A stretch of 55,117 bases of DNA, the filler included, from Jimgerdemannia flammicorona (taxonomy: Eukaryota), in NCBI GenBank assembly GCA_003990765.1. It is 3 parts of 3 records of this genome, joined end to end, with 100 filler letters (N's around TTAATTAATTAA, not from the genome) between each part and the next. Parts side by side here need not be neighbours in the genome. Positions count along the whole stretch, not along the records: positions 36,814 to 55,117 come from RBNJ01002244.1; 2 more parts are not named here. One strand, given 5' to 3'. The notes under the pieces were generated by a model, which ran no database searches, was not told the origin of the DNA, and saw nothing but the letters and a program-made list of their open reading frames with translations. Each line of letters opens with the position of its first letter. The first letter of the stretch is position 1. This document shows, one piece after another, positions 40,756 through 52,800 of the stretch. A program made the translations under genes and the position numbers.

Positions 40756-41420
40756 AATATAGTTGATATTTATTTTTTTCATTTTGATATATATATCTCC
40801 TTAAGCAGGAGTATTGAGATTACAAGTCAATATATATCTACATGACTTTATACTAATTTGTTTTATATTATTTATATGTTATCATTTACAATATCTAAAA
40901 GTGTATAATTTGTATAATGAACAAATTACTTCTTCTGTTCATCACAACAGAAGGCTTAGAAGAGAAAAAGATAGAAGGACTTGCTGACTAGAATGAAGAT
41001 ATTGCTGGTAACTAGAGTGGAGGAGAGTTCAGGGAGAGCACTGGAGAGTGTCTGGACTGCTGGCAGTATTGAGAGACAGGTAGAGAGTAAGGGAGTGAGT
41101 AGAGAAAGGAGGGATCAGTAGCTTTATATTAATGGTGTACTTGAAGTATAGGAGGAGAAAGAGGTGGGTGAGGTGTAGGCCACAGTCCCTAGGCAGAGAA
41201 CTGGTGAAGACATCAAGATAAAGAATACTTAAGAGTTTAGTTTGGAGTATCTGATATAGCAAAAGGGGGACAGATGGTTGGTATTAAGGTAAATAAGTTA
41301 ATTGATATTCCAGAGAAGGTATGGAATAAGTCTATAAGTATTAGAACTGATATTTCAATATTGAGTAAGGGGTGGCCTGATACTCTTAGAGAGAAGAATA
41401 TTGGAGACTTACAGTAACAG
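37530..41420 (+). mobile_element. Decayed LINE ORF1 (third copy), interrupted by a Copia insertion at 38741-40949
   Basis: SSDGHAGSDGSEAFG at ~37633; FEEIGPLEEILKT…LR*DPKVVQLLIKRVPIV matches ORF1 of the first copy; similar purine-rich sequence resumes after 40954. Confidence 0.8.
38741..40949 (+). mobile_element. Internally deleted Ty1/Copia element with 138-bp LTRs (38741-38878, 40812-40949) and 5-bp TSD GAAGG
   Basis: LTRs T(G>A)TTG…CAACA; GGTTATTAGCCC after the 5' LTR (fungal Copia GGTTATGRGCCC-type PBS); PPT AAGCAGGAG; RT remnant MDEYGSLIENDT and RNase H-like DADW; GAAGG at 38736-38740 and 40950-40954. Confidence 0.9.
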
Positions 41421-41769
41421 CAAAACTGTAACAATATTTAGTTATTTTTAATATATAATTATATTATAGCTTCAATATAAATATAATAAAATCCAAATTT
41501 TTACTATTAATAATATAGTATCTCAGCTTTTGAATAATATATTTTTTATTTTATTTAGATAAATATAGATATTAATATAACTATTTTAAGTTATATTACC
41601 ATTGTTATAGTTTTGAGCTTCTTGGTCATCCAAATCTGTTTAGGTTTACTACATATCATTGAGTTGAGCTATAATTATCCACTTTTACTATAGTATTGTT
41701 TCAGATATTCTTTATCACTCTATAGTGTTTTGTCATCATTTTCAAGCAATAAAAAAGCTTTCTATTGAT

Positions 41770-44566
41770 ATTTGTAACCACATTATTCACTTATTGCAAT
41801 CTGATTATCTTCACTTAGCAATGACCTCAGTTAATCAATACAGGACAACAAAGTGGAGAAACCTACTATATCTCTAGTCTTCTTAGGTATTGAACTTGAT
41901 TTGGCCACTATGGAAGCTTATCTACTCACTAGAAAGATCAATATAATTATGGAATACCTATGTCAATAATCATCATGCTCAATTTATATAAGATTATAAC
42001 TTCAATCTCTAATCAGTCTATTGGTATTTATCACCAAGATTGTCCCTCCCAGCTACCCATTTCTTTGCTGATTCATTGATCTAATCACTAGCAACTCTGC
42101 CTTCCATATCTTACTCATGGCCAACTTTTATGCTGATGTATTATAATGGCTTAAGTTTCTCCTACAATGGAATAGTATCTCTATCATCTATATAGTCAAC
42201 TGGTCTCACTCTCCCAATTCCCAGCTCTGGACTAATGCCAGTAATAATTTTGACTTTGGAGTATATTATGAGGACTCTTGGTTTTTCACCCCCTAGTCTC
42301 CTAATCTTCTCTCATATAATATTCAATTTAAGGAGTTATATGTAGTTATTACTACCACCCTAACTTAGGGCCCTTACTGGTCATTCCATTGAATCTTACT
42401 TCATATAGATAACTAAACTATCATTACTATTATCAATTCTGAAATCTTTCAGAATTCTCTTCTTCTCAAGCTACTATATCAGCTTTACTTTCTCATAGCA
42501 TTTTATATATTTCAACTTTTCACCATATATATCTCTATAGCTAACAATAGTATTGCCAATATTCTATCTCACTCTGATCTACTTTATTTTCACCATCTTG
42601 TCCCTTATAAATATATGCTCCTGATATAGATTGGTACCATTTATATGCCACACTCTTATCTATCATTGCCTTCTTTCTGTGGTTCAGTCTGGAAAAATCA
42701 ATATGTCACTTATATTTATGAGGACAATGCAGTTTTCTTCAGTTCTTTTCTCTTCACAGTAGCCATCATAGATTTGGCCATACCAGTCCCCACAATACTC
42801 TCTCTATATCTGAGCTGGTATTAATACACTAGTATGCTCTCTTGCTCAACATTATTTGTAACCACTTACTATCAAAAAGTATCTCTCAGTCATTCAATCT
42901 CTTCATATCAACTCTAGCTTCAGCAACCTATTCATTGGCCTTTAACAGATCTCTCACATAATATGTAACATAAAACACTAGCTCAGGCTACACCTGTCCT
43001 ACTCTTGGTTACTGATTACAATCAACATTCTATACTGCCTCCTTACTTTCCTATACTTGTCTAATTTTGATGATCTCAACCTTGCTATAACAATGTCTCT
43101 TATATATGTTAGCTTTTTATAGTCTGACAAATTCATATGAGACCTCTCTTTTGATACATTCTACCATATGTCTCAATGCTACATCATCTTCTACCCTCAT
43201 ATTACAGACTCTATATATATTATCTTTACTCTACCAGTATCCAAAATAGACTCCTTTTAATAGGGGTTGATCTCTGTTTATTGGCCAAATAGCCCCCAAT
43301 ATTTCATGCATTGTCTCACTCTTAAGCTTATTATTTCTTATATTTTCTACACTACTCAGCATATCTCTATTTATATACTCAATATGCTATTCTTTCTTTT
43401 GATCCTATCTTGTCCAGTATCTTTGATTTCTACTTTTTCAAATCAGCCTTACCTCAACCCTCTTTGCTGGTTATAGCTTTTAAATTAGTACTATGTCTGA
43501 TGCTACTATAGTGGGTCTCTTGGACTATAAATATAAATACTCAGATGATGGTCTAGTGGGGCTTTCAAAGAATATATATACATATCTATCTCTTAAATTA
43601 TTGAACTTCACATATCTCTCTTGATTATTAATAATCTCTGTCAATATTTTAGCCACTTGTCTATGATATTGACTAGTTGGTAATAGTCTCTCTATACTGC
43701 ATAGGCTACTATACTGACCCTATGGCTCTATGCTATATATAGTAGTCTGTTCTATCCTCTTATATTGCTTGTACCACAACTTACCTTCTCCCCTCTCTTC
43801 TGCTTTTGACATTTCTGTTCTCTTCAGCTTCTCTCTTCTCTTTTTCTCTATTAATATTTATTCATTATCTTCTTTACATTATATAACATTTTATTTGGGT
43901 CAGTTTTCTTTTCACTGTATATCTCTTTCAAATATATTTACTGAAAAAAACAATTACATTCATGGGTTTTCTTTTATATCAGAGGGTTATATCTTTTATA
44001 CAAAGGCTTTTTTCTTTTGCATCAGAGGGTTATAACTTTCATATACTGGTCAGACATTATAGCTAGATATTGAATGAGTGGGCTTAGTTAAGACAACAGA
44101 TCAATGATTGCAGGAATATCTTTGGTGCTGATGTCTTTAGTATATACATCTTATCTATATTTCTGTTTTAGGGCAGTGGTGAGATAATGTAATGTTTTAA
44201 TATACATTGTAGATATATATATCCTATTTTAGTAATCTATAGCATTAGGTGCTTTATGCTCATTCTATTCATCATTCTTAGCTCAATATGCTACCCCTTA
44301 CACTCTATATACATTCACTGTATGTACATTTGCTCTTGCTTTCATCTATCACCCCTCCTCCCTGCTCATTTATATACATAGTTATGGGGCTGGTTTTCAT
44401 TTTACCGTGTGTTTCTCCCAAATACATTTACTGGAAACAACAATTACATTCATGGGTTTTCTTCTTTCACATCAGAGGGTTATATCTTTTGCATGCGGGT
44501 TTTCTTCTTTTGCATTGGAGGGTTATAACTTTCGCATGCTGGTCGGACATTGTAGCTAGACATTGA
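41770..44566 (+). mobile_element. Decayed tyrosine-recombinase retrotransposon (Ngaro/DIRS group): RT-RNase H end, YR ORF, split direct repeats
   Basis: FLGIELD (41880); RNase H LWTNAS…NIQFKELY…NSIANILS; YR motifs PVSKIDSF, FAGYSF*I (= GHSFRIG), ILR*WSSGAFKEYI (= LGRWxS…Y); direct repeats ~43900-44073 and ~44400-44566. Confidence 0.85.
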
Positions 44567-44696
44567 CTTATATTTTTACTATATTTCCTATACTATAAGC
44601 AGGGATAGACAGTTTATTTTTAGCTTACATGCTGTTTTCTTGGGTTATTATTCTTTGCTTACATTCTTGCTGGTTACATTCTTGCCTCGTTTGGGT

Positions 44697-44891
44697 TGAG
44701 CGGGAGTGTTGAGATACACAACTTGAGTAACGAGGAATTCTTGATGTGGCTATGTTGATAAGTATACGTTATCAAAGGTGACGTCGTTATTCTTGTGTCA
44801 TCAGGGATCTTTGGAACGCATAAAATCGCGTAACTAGAGATCCATAAAAACAACCCCCGTTTCTCCATTAATACTTTAGTAATCCCCAACA
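44697..44891 (+). mobile_element. Copia-type PPT plus 3' LTR (CpG intact)
   Basis: TGAGCGGGAG followed by TGTTGAG at 44707, ending …CAACA at 44891; same PPT/LTR junction as 40802-40818 in undecayed form. Right boundary tentative. Confidence 0.55.
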
Positions 44892-47039
44892 AGATAAGAT
44901 AAAATGGGAGAAGGTGAGCTGAAATTGGCCGAGGCATGACAGAATCAGACAAGGTGAAACTGATAACGTGCGGCGGAACGGACAAGGCGAGAAGGAATGG
45001 ATGAGGTGGGATGCGATTAGCCGATGCGAGATAGGTGCCCAAATATCTGGGGGAGGGCCCGATCTGTAACAACTTGCATTTAATTGAACGTGTATTTCAC
45101 TTGGACGTGTACTATGTGTGAAGCAGGAGTTTGTGTTCGAGCATCCAAAGGTAAGGCCGGAAAAGGTTACATCGATGCATGTGTTGCTAACGTGACTTTT
45201 CTGCAAGCTTTACGACATTATTGGGTAGTTCAGGTTTCCAGAAATCGGTGAGACCACGGCCAAGCTTACTGTTAATACATGTCGAGACAGTTACACAGTA
45301 AGGCGATACCACCCGTTTTAAATAGGAGTTCATGCTCTTGAAATATGACATTTAATCTTCCTTCATCATCGTTGGCCCGCTTAGGCAATATTTCAAATTT
45401 CGCACCTCGAATTACCCTAATGTCTTAATCGCAACCCCAGCAAGGCTCCCCGTCGAATCCCTCTAACGCGCGTTAATCTGCCCACTAATCTCGCTCCCGA
45501 AACTCCCGACCAATCTTGCTACTCCTTCGTCAGGCCCATTAACCCGGCCTCCCTCCCGGAATCCCAGTCACGTCTGCTGCTGCTTGGGTCCCAAACCCTG
45601 CCCTGAACCCGATCCTGAACCTGCCGTCCACACCCATACTGAATATCCTCGCTCCCGAGTTGGGGTTCTCACCGCTTACGCGCTTGACCAGCACAACAGC
45701 TGACACCTCCTTGCAGCACAATATAGGCGTTAACAGTCGCTAGCTTCGTGAATGGGTTCGTGAACATCACGGGAATCGTTACATTCGTAGGGAGCTGTTC
45801 GACGCGCTAGCGGGGATCACTTTGAAGTTTGTGATCTGCGTCAGTGACTGCGCAGATGACAGACGACAGACGACGGATCACGGAGGAGGCGTGCGATTGC
45901 GATACCCCTGCCGGAATCGCCGGCGAAGCGGGTGTAATGCTCGTGTGTGGGTATGAGAGTGCGAAAGCGAATTTCAGGTATAGGATACTGACGGCGCCGA
46001 AGCTACCGAAGGGGCAGGCGCCTACTCCGCTGCCACCGTTCATGCTGCGACGGTGAGACTCTTTTCGAAGTTGGAGACTTGCTTTCACGATTTTAGGCGT
46101 CCAGTGTAATCTTTCCGGAAGGTGCAGCGGGTGAGTCTTTGATTCCGTGTGGCAAGAATGTCCCCGTGAATGCTTCGATACACAGTCATCAGAACACCTA
46201 TCCTCTGAACAAGCACCTCCGATAAGCTTTCAGCCCACTTGCTATCCCTCACGTTCTCCTCCTCTTCCAATCGAACAACACAGATTCGATCTTGTGATCT
46301 AACACGCTTGCAATTTTTCTCGACATGCCCATCAACTCTCCAGCTGATAAAACACTATCCCTGCCCCATTCGCGGGAGCGGGTGCTTCGAAATCAGCGCA
46401 AACTGGCGCCTCTGGGAAATAATCGTCGTAGTTACTCACTCCCCGCCACCGTTGGTGTCGCCGCCCGGTTGGCCTTCTGCGGGTCCGTAGCTGTCGTGGC
46501 GACTGAGAGGGTTTCTTGTGTCTTCGTCTTTGAGAATCTGTGTGACAAGAATAACGTAGTGCGGTAAAATAAATTGGCAAAACCAACAAGAGTGTACATA
46601 ATCGTCCTTCTCATGCGATTCCCGCCAATAACAAAATCCCACCTAACCCCCCTCACTTTTCCACAAGTCCCCTGATATTCTTCGCCTTTTCCTCTTGCCC
46701 CTGCCGCCACGACAGCATTCCCTCGAGCATCTCATCGCCATATCAAGCAATGCCAGTGCCGATCAACCTCGCAAAAAAAATAAAAATAACAATTTCCATG
46801 GCTTGAATAGCAATGCAAATACGACATGTGCGAGAGGATTCTTAGCTTTTATTCATCGTTGGGATTCTAATTTGTGGGTTAATATAGCTACACACTGTTC
46901 AACGTCTGATATTCGAATTGCATTCTATGAAATCAGCGATTTACTTATCAGTCGAATCGGCACCTTAACCTATTTCAAAAAAAAACCCCCCTTTATTCAT
47001 ATCTTGAGCGTCTTCTTCTCGGCCTTTTAATATACGTAC

Positions 47040-47712
47040 TGGATGGCAGCATCCTCGCCCCACGGCGCGGTGTGTGCCCTCTTGGACCTCTTCGCACAGG
47101 ACAGTAGCGATCAATGCTGAGGGCTGCCATCCTGAACTTGAGGTCAATATCGCTGATCTGCTTCTGATGGCCACCTTGCGGAAGCCAGCTTGATGAAGGT
47201 ATTTGAGAAAGAGAGAAAGATCGATATAATGCCCGCTCGCAACCTTCCGATGCCAAAGGTAAACAAATAAACAAATAAATAAATAAAAAAAAGGAAGAAA
47301 AAAATGCGGGGAAGGCTCATCCTGACCAACGTTTTGTACACGTAGTAGGCGTTGCGCCAGGCCTGTGTAAACCGCTGGACCCCATGAGCCTTTTCAAGAG
47401 TTTGGCAAGACGGAAGTTTACGAAATGGTAAGGCTTTAGGAAATCGACGGGTGTCTTGCGCAAGTGAATTGACGATCAAGGTGAAAATTAACATGCGACA
47501 AATTGACACTATGGCATTAGTTTCTCTCCAGAAGAACCAATACTCACGATTTCTCCCGATTGCCCAAGCTCTTCTTCGAGTTGTCCAACTTTGAATGCTG
47601 TCCGTGGCGCCATGCCTGACAAAGTACTGCACGCCACGGGATAGATCTTTTCGCGGCCCTGAGTGGTGACGAGGAACTTGAGCAGGTAGTCGAGCGGGAT
47701 GGTGGTGGTCAA
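47040..47712 (-). pseudogene. PEX11: PEX11-like peroxin, apparently pseudogenised
   Basis: LDYLLKFLVTTQGREKIY followed, after a frameshift, by RGVQYFVR (Pex11 N-terminal GR[ED]K..R..QY motif); TTG where ATG is expected; downstream exons degenerate; 3' boundary uncertain. Confidence 0.65.
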
Positions 47713-49359
47713 GGCGAACTTTGTGCGTGGAGATAGAGGCGGATAGAGAGGGGTGGCGGCGGGGAGAGCTGGGGTTGTTATTACATAAGCTCACATTGTT
47801 TCGTTGAAATGAGAAACACCAATTGCGAGACATATTGCTGGAGAAAAAGTCATGCGAGTGGAAAAAGACAGGAAGAGAATGGGAACATGGGTGTTAGGTG
47901 CGGAAATAAGGAGAATTCGCACAGCTCAAAATCTTGATTCTTGATTTAGTTGTAAATGTACATTACATAACACATGCGAATTAGACGTAATATAACACGA
48001 CATTTCGGGTGTTACGTTATGTTGCATAATATCTCTAGAACCTTCGTCTGGACATATTTTCCGTGTATTCCCCTGAAGACATTTTTGCTAAGAATCAGTT
48101 TCTTCGAAATTCAAAGTTACGAAATAAAGAGACAAACTATATGGTCGATCATTGACAGCCGTTAATAAAATTTAATTCGTTTTTTAACATTTGCAATAAG
48201 GAGATATGAATTTAGTCTCAAGTCGTTGAGGTCGGTGAACGATATTGTGATTACATCACAAAAGCCTGGTACCGTACATTGGGTACCACTGAGTACCTGC
48301 ACCTTACATTAAAGTACATATGTACACCATGTATGACATGTATATATACGACTTGGTTTTATGACTCGGCTGCCTGCGAATTAATTATACGGAAGGGTGT
48401 GAGACAGGTTTCCAGTACAATATTACAAATTGTTTCTTATCAACAAATAAGAGCAAAGGATTCTTATTTTACAAACTCTGACAATATACTGTAAAGTTAA
48501 TTTCCCTCTGTATTTAATTATACAATACCCCTTCAACACTGTAATCTAACAATTGTCCATTATCACGTTGCTGTCATTCCGGAGAAACAATTCATATGAA
48601 AACTCCGAATGGTGCAAACTGAAATTAGAGGGAGGCGATTATATTGGTTACATGTAGAATGACTATGATTGTCGCATTATCTGCAGAGCCACAACTATAA
48701 CAATTATTTGCAGGACGGTCCCGTGCGGCCGAATAAATTCGGAGCACATGTATGACATCGTATTCAGTAAGGTAATGTAAATTTAGGGTACACGACAACC
48801 CCAACAAGGTACCGTCCCCTGACGGCCAAACCTTAACCAAGGAGTAGAACCCATCACACTCCAACAAGAAAACGCCCGTCTATAAGCACAAAACGAAGTA
48901 GTTGTAGCACATATTGAAGAACTTCGAGCGCGAAACGAAGAACTTGTATCCAAGTTGAGACCAAGCAAAGCACGCCTCGCAGGTGTAATTGAAAATTTCA
49001 ACGTTGTTCTTTGCGATATTTGTCTTTCCAACCTCAAGTAACAAAAACACGTACGATTCTGTTGACAAATTCTTTTCCAAAAACCACTTTTATTGAGGGG
49101 CACTGTTCGAGTTGTCATTCGGCATGCAATAAAACTTTACTAGTATTCTTGAATAAAAATATTTTCTTATCATACAAGTTTGAGCTTGTACACCATGTCT
49201 CCGAAAATGCCACGAGGAAAGACGTCTCCACCTGGGTATTCTCCTCACGGTTTCGGTTGCACGGCATGAAGGCTTAGGCCGTAGTAAAATTTGAATAAGG
49301 TGGATGACTATTTTAAGATGGATGAACCGAAAATCTGTGTCGGAATGACCACAAATGTG

Positions 49360-49690
49360 GCTGCAGGATCTAAGAGTCCACTGCAGAAAATGTAGTACAA
49401 TAGAGTATCGAAGGCAATTGCTGCAGGGTCTAAGAATTGGCTGCGGAAAATATACTACAATAGTGTATCATCTTATCCCTGAAAACGCTCCAACAATCTG
49501 CTGCAGAAAATGTAGTACAATAGTGTATCGTCTCATCACTAGAGACGATGGCGGCAGGATCTAAGAATCCGCTGCAGAAAATGTAGTACAATAGCGTATC
49601 GTCTCATCCCTGAATATGATGAGGGCAGGTTCTGGGGACCCGCTGCAGATAATGTAGTACAATAGTATATCGTCTCATCCCTGAAGACTA
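49360..49690. repeat. Five imperfect tandem repeats (period 59-71 bp), core CTGCAGAAAATGTAGTACAATAGTGTATCGTCTCATCCCTGAA
   Basis: Cores start at ~49382, 49442, 49501, 49572, 49643. Confidence 0.9.
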
Positions 49691-49806
49691 ATCGGCGGAA
49701 TCCGCAGTATATTCATAAAGTGTATCCCTTCTGCCGGTCTGTCATTTTACATCCATCTAACATGACATCCCAGCTCTCTATCCCATCGACCGATACGTTG
49801 GTTAAC

Positions 49807-52800
49807 ATGGATTCAAGGCGTTATACCATCCCAAATAAGAACAATACTGTCATTTCGCTGCCGCTCCAAATTTCCGATGGTATGTCAAAGTAGACACCAC
49901 AAGGCACGACTTCCTTTTCGCTTATGTCGCAGAAGCAAGCCAACCTCTTACTTGTTCGTTTTCTCTTTCAAATACGAAAAGGCGAAATACATTACTTTTG
50001 GGGAAATACTAGCGTAACTGAAGACTTTTATTTTGAGATCACTCTCATGCCAGAACATTTGCCAAGGTGTGTTCTCGTAGAGTGTCCAACATCGTTTTAT
50101 TTCTCAATAACGCCCAGCTGACCGTTTTCACTAATTCCCCAATTTCCCACCCATTGAAGTGCTCTTTGGCTAGGATTTGTATACGACGAATGGTTCACGC
50201 TGAGAGAACATGAAAAATTTAGTCGAGGTGAGAAACAGGGATTGTTCTTATTTATCACGAGAAATTATTACTGATTGACAACTCCATGTAATTTAATTCA
50301 GGTCGCGGGCACGACATCACCACGTGGAACTTCGAGCCGCTGACAGGGTCCCTGAAGTTTGGAAACATGTTATATATGCATGATCCAAGCACAGTGGATG
50401 TTGAAACCACAATTGGATTTGGCGTGACGCGCTATACAGACAAAGATGAGGACTTTTGGTCTGTTCTTTACATAAGGAGTGATGGGCAAGGAAACGGTAG
50501 GATACCTCTACAATGAATTCCATTCAATGATGTATTCCAGAAATTGTCTTATTTTTCTCAACTCCACAGAGATCGTGAGAAAGGAAAGCCTTCCGGAAGG
50601 GCTTTATCCTGTTATCCGCCTCGAACAGTCTAGTCCAGACATCGTGATCAACTCCATGGTGTCCTTCAAGCATCAAGGCCACCAACCTTTTCACATTCCG
50701 CACCAAGCTCCTGTTGGACTCTTTCAGTGTTCACCGGATCGCCGCTACGCAGCCTGCTTCAGTGGGGATGATGGTATCCTCACGGTTTGGCGTCTTTACC
50801 TTGGTCAGGACCCCGAGTTCGTTAAACATATATCTGTTCCGGATTTCACACTCAGAGAGTTCGACAACGTTGGTTGGTTGTCTCACAAGTAGTTCAGTCT
50901 TGCCGTTTCGAACACTGTCGATGAGGAATTGCCCGACCTCGTTTTAGGTCGTTATCACATCAAACTTCCTCCGGAAGACTGTCAAATTCTTTTCCTGAGC
51001 TACAACGGCGCAGATCACCTTCCCATCCGCCAGAATAACGTCGTCAGCCATCCGATGAATATCGTCGGCATATTCTACATTCTGGATGATGGCAACACCC
51101 TGCTGATAATGGATTTAAACCGCCTCTTTGTGGTGAACATTAAATTGCGATCGTTGATCCACACGTTTAATAGAAACCATTTAGACGTCATTCCCTCGGA
51201 GCCAGACTTCAAACCCCCATTGAAACCGCTAGGGCTGGATCATTTTCTATGGTACAATTCCCCCAATTACACGACAATGTGGCATGTCCCTACCGGTCGA
51301 TTAGTGCAAACATTTCGTTACAAATTTGAGGTGAACGATGAATGTGACTACGACACATATCATAATCTCATCGCGTTCTACGGCGTCGAAGGGTTGAAGA
51401 TTTTCACCGTCCAGACTGGCATCTCCATTTGCGAAACTAAACGCTTGGACATGGGTGAGATGACGGTTATCGGCGTGAAATTCGTTACGATCAACCGTGT
51501 TCCTCTCCTCGTGACAATAGATTGCAGCGACACGGTCTGCATTTTAGGCGAGTGGAATCCTTTGACGGGCTTGAGAGCTAAGAAAAATGGCCTGATTCAG
51601 CATAAGCACACGCTTTCGAGTGAATTCAAACATTCCGACGTCGTCATCAATAACACGGAATTATTGTCGATCTCTTTCGTGACACCGCTCAAGGCCACTG
51701 TCGCCCGCTTTTTTATGAAGAGCCTAAACGACAAACAACCACCACCCGTCAAAAAAATTCCGATCGGACTGGAATACAAAGAGATATATCCGCACCCTAA
51801 AAAGTCGGACGTAAACCTCCAAGTGGTGCAGCTCACGGGCCCACCGAAGGAATATATCGTGATTATACGTGGTTTCCAGCAAAAATACTCAGGTAAAACT
51901 TTTATCGATGGTGACTTCTGTGTGATATTGGCATGGTGAAATAAATGTAATAATGACCTGACTTGCCTGCTGACTATATATCTCATTAATCCAGTCATAC
52001 TTCGCCCTGAACCGTGGAATAACCATGCATTGACCTGTCATTGGATATCTGACGATTGTTTCGTGGTTGCCGGCCGACATACCGTGCAGATAATTAACGC
52101 TAGCAAATCGACCTACAGAAAGCACGTGATAGAGTTCGGGTGGTGCCTTCCGTCCTCGGACGCAACCATCAGTCGAATTCAATTCATCAAATCTCCGGAT
52201 AGCGAGACCGTCCAGCAGATGGAGTTAAAATATCAGCATGAGGGGGAAACGCATACAGAAACTATCGACATCGGAAGGAATTCAATTTCGCTCAAACACG
52301 CGGCACGGTATCTTCAATTCACTGGGGAGGACCACAGCAACAGGATTACCGCGGCGTATGAGAGAGTTTTGGAGCAGGGGTTGAAGCCAGCCAAGATGTT
52401 ACCAGTCAACGGAGACGAACTCGAAACTAAGCCTTCGATCTTACTTGTCAACGAGGTCGAATTCGAAACTAAGACTTCCACCTTTGGTCACATAGTTAGA
52501 GATCCGTCCACCTCAGCTGCCACACGAGTGAAAACGGTATTAGAATGCAACGCCTACCGGCCCATTTTTTACGATAATACGTTATGGGATCGGAGTGCTC
52601 TGACGGAAGCTTTGGACGTTGAAAATTTCGTCGGAGACATTGTGAGGTACTGCTTGAAGAGAGTATCGAAGGAAGGCGGTGTGTTGTTGGACCCTGGTTA
52701 CGCTGCAATCGTCGTCGGAGCTTTGCCAATCATTTCTCGGAAAAGCCCCGAACTAGCTGCTCTCATTGCACAGTACTTATCACACATTCGGTTTGATTCC

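Noticed and set aside
49360..49690. CRISPR-like repeat-spacer array
   Set aside because: Linkers are related to each other (GCAGGATCTAAGA recurs), the cores are degenerate and no cas genes are present.
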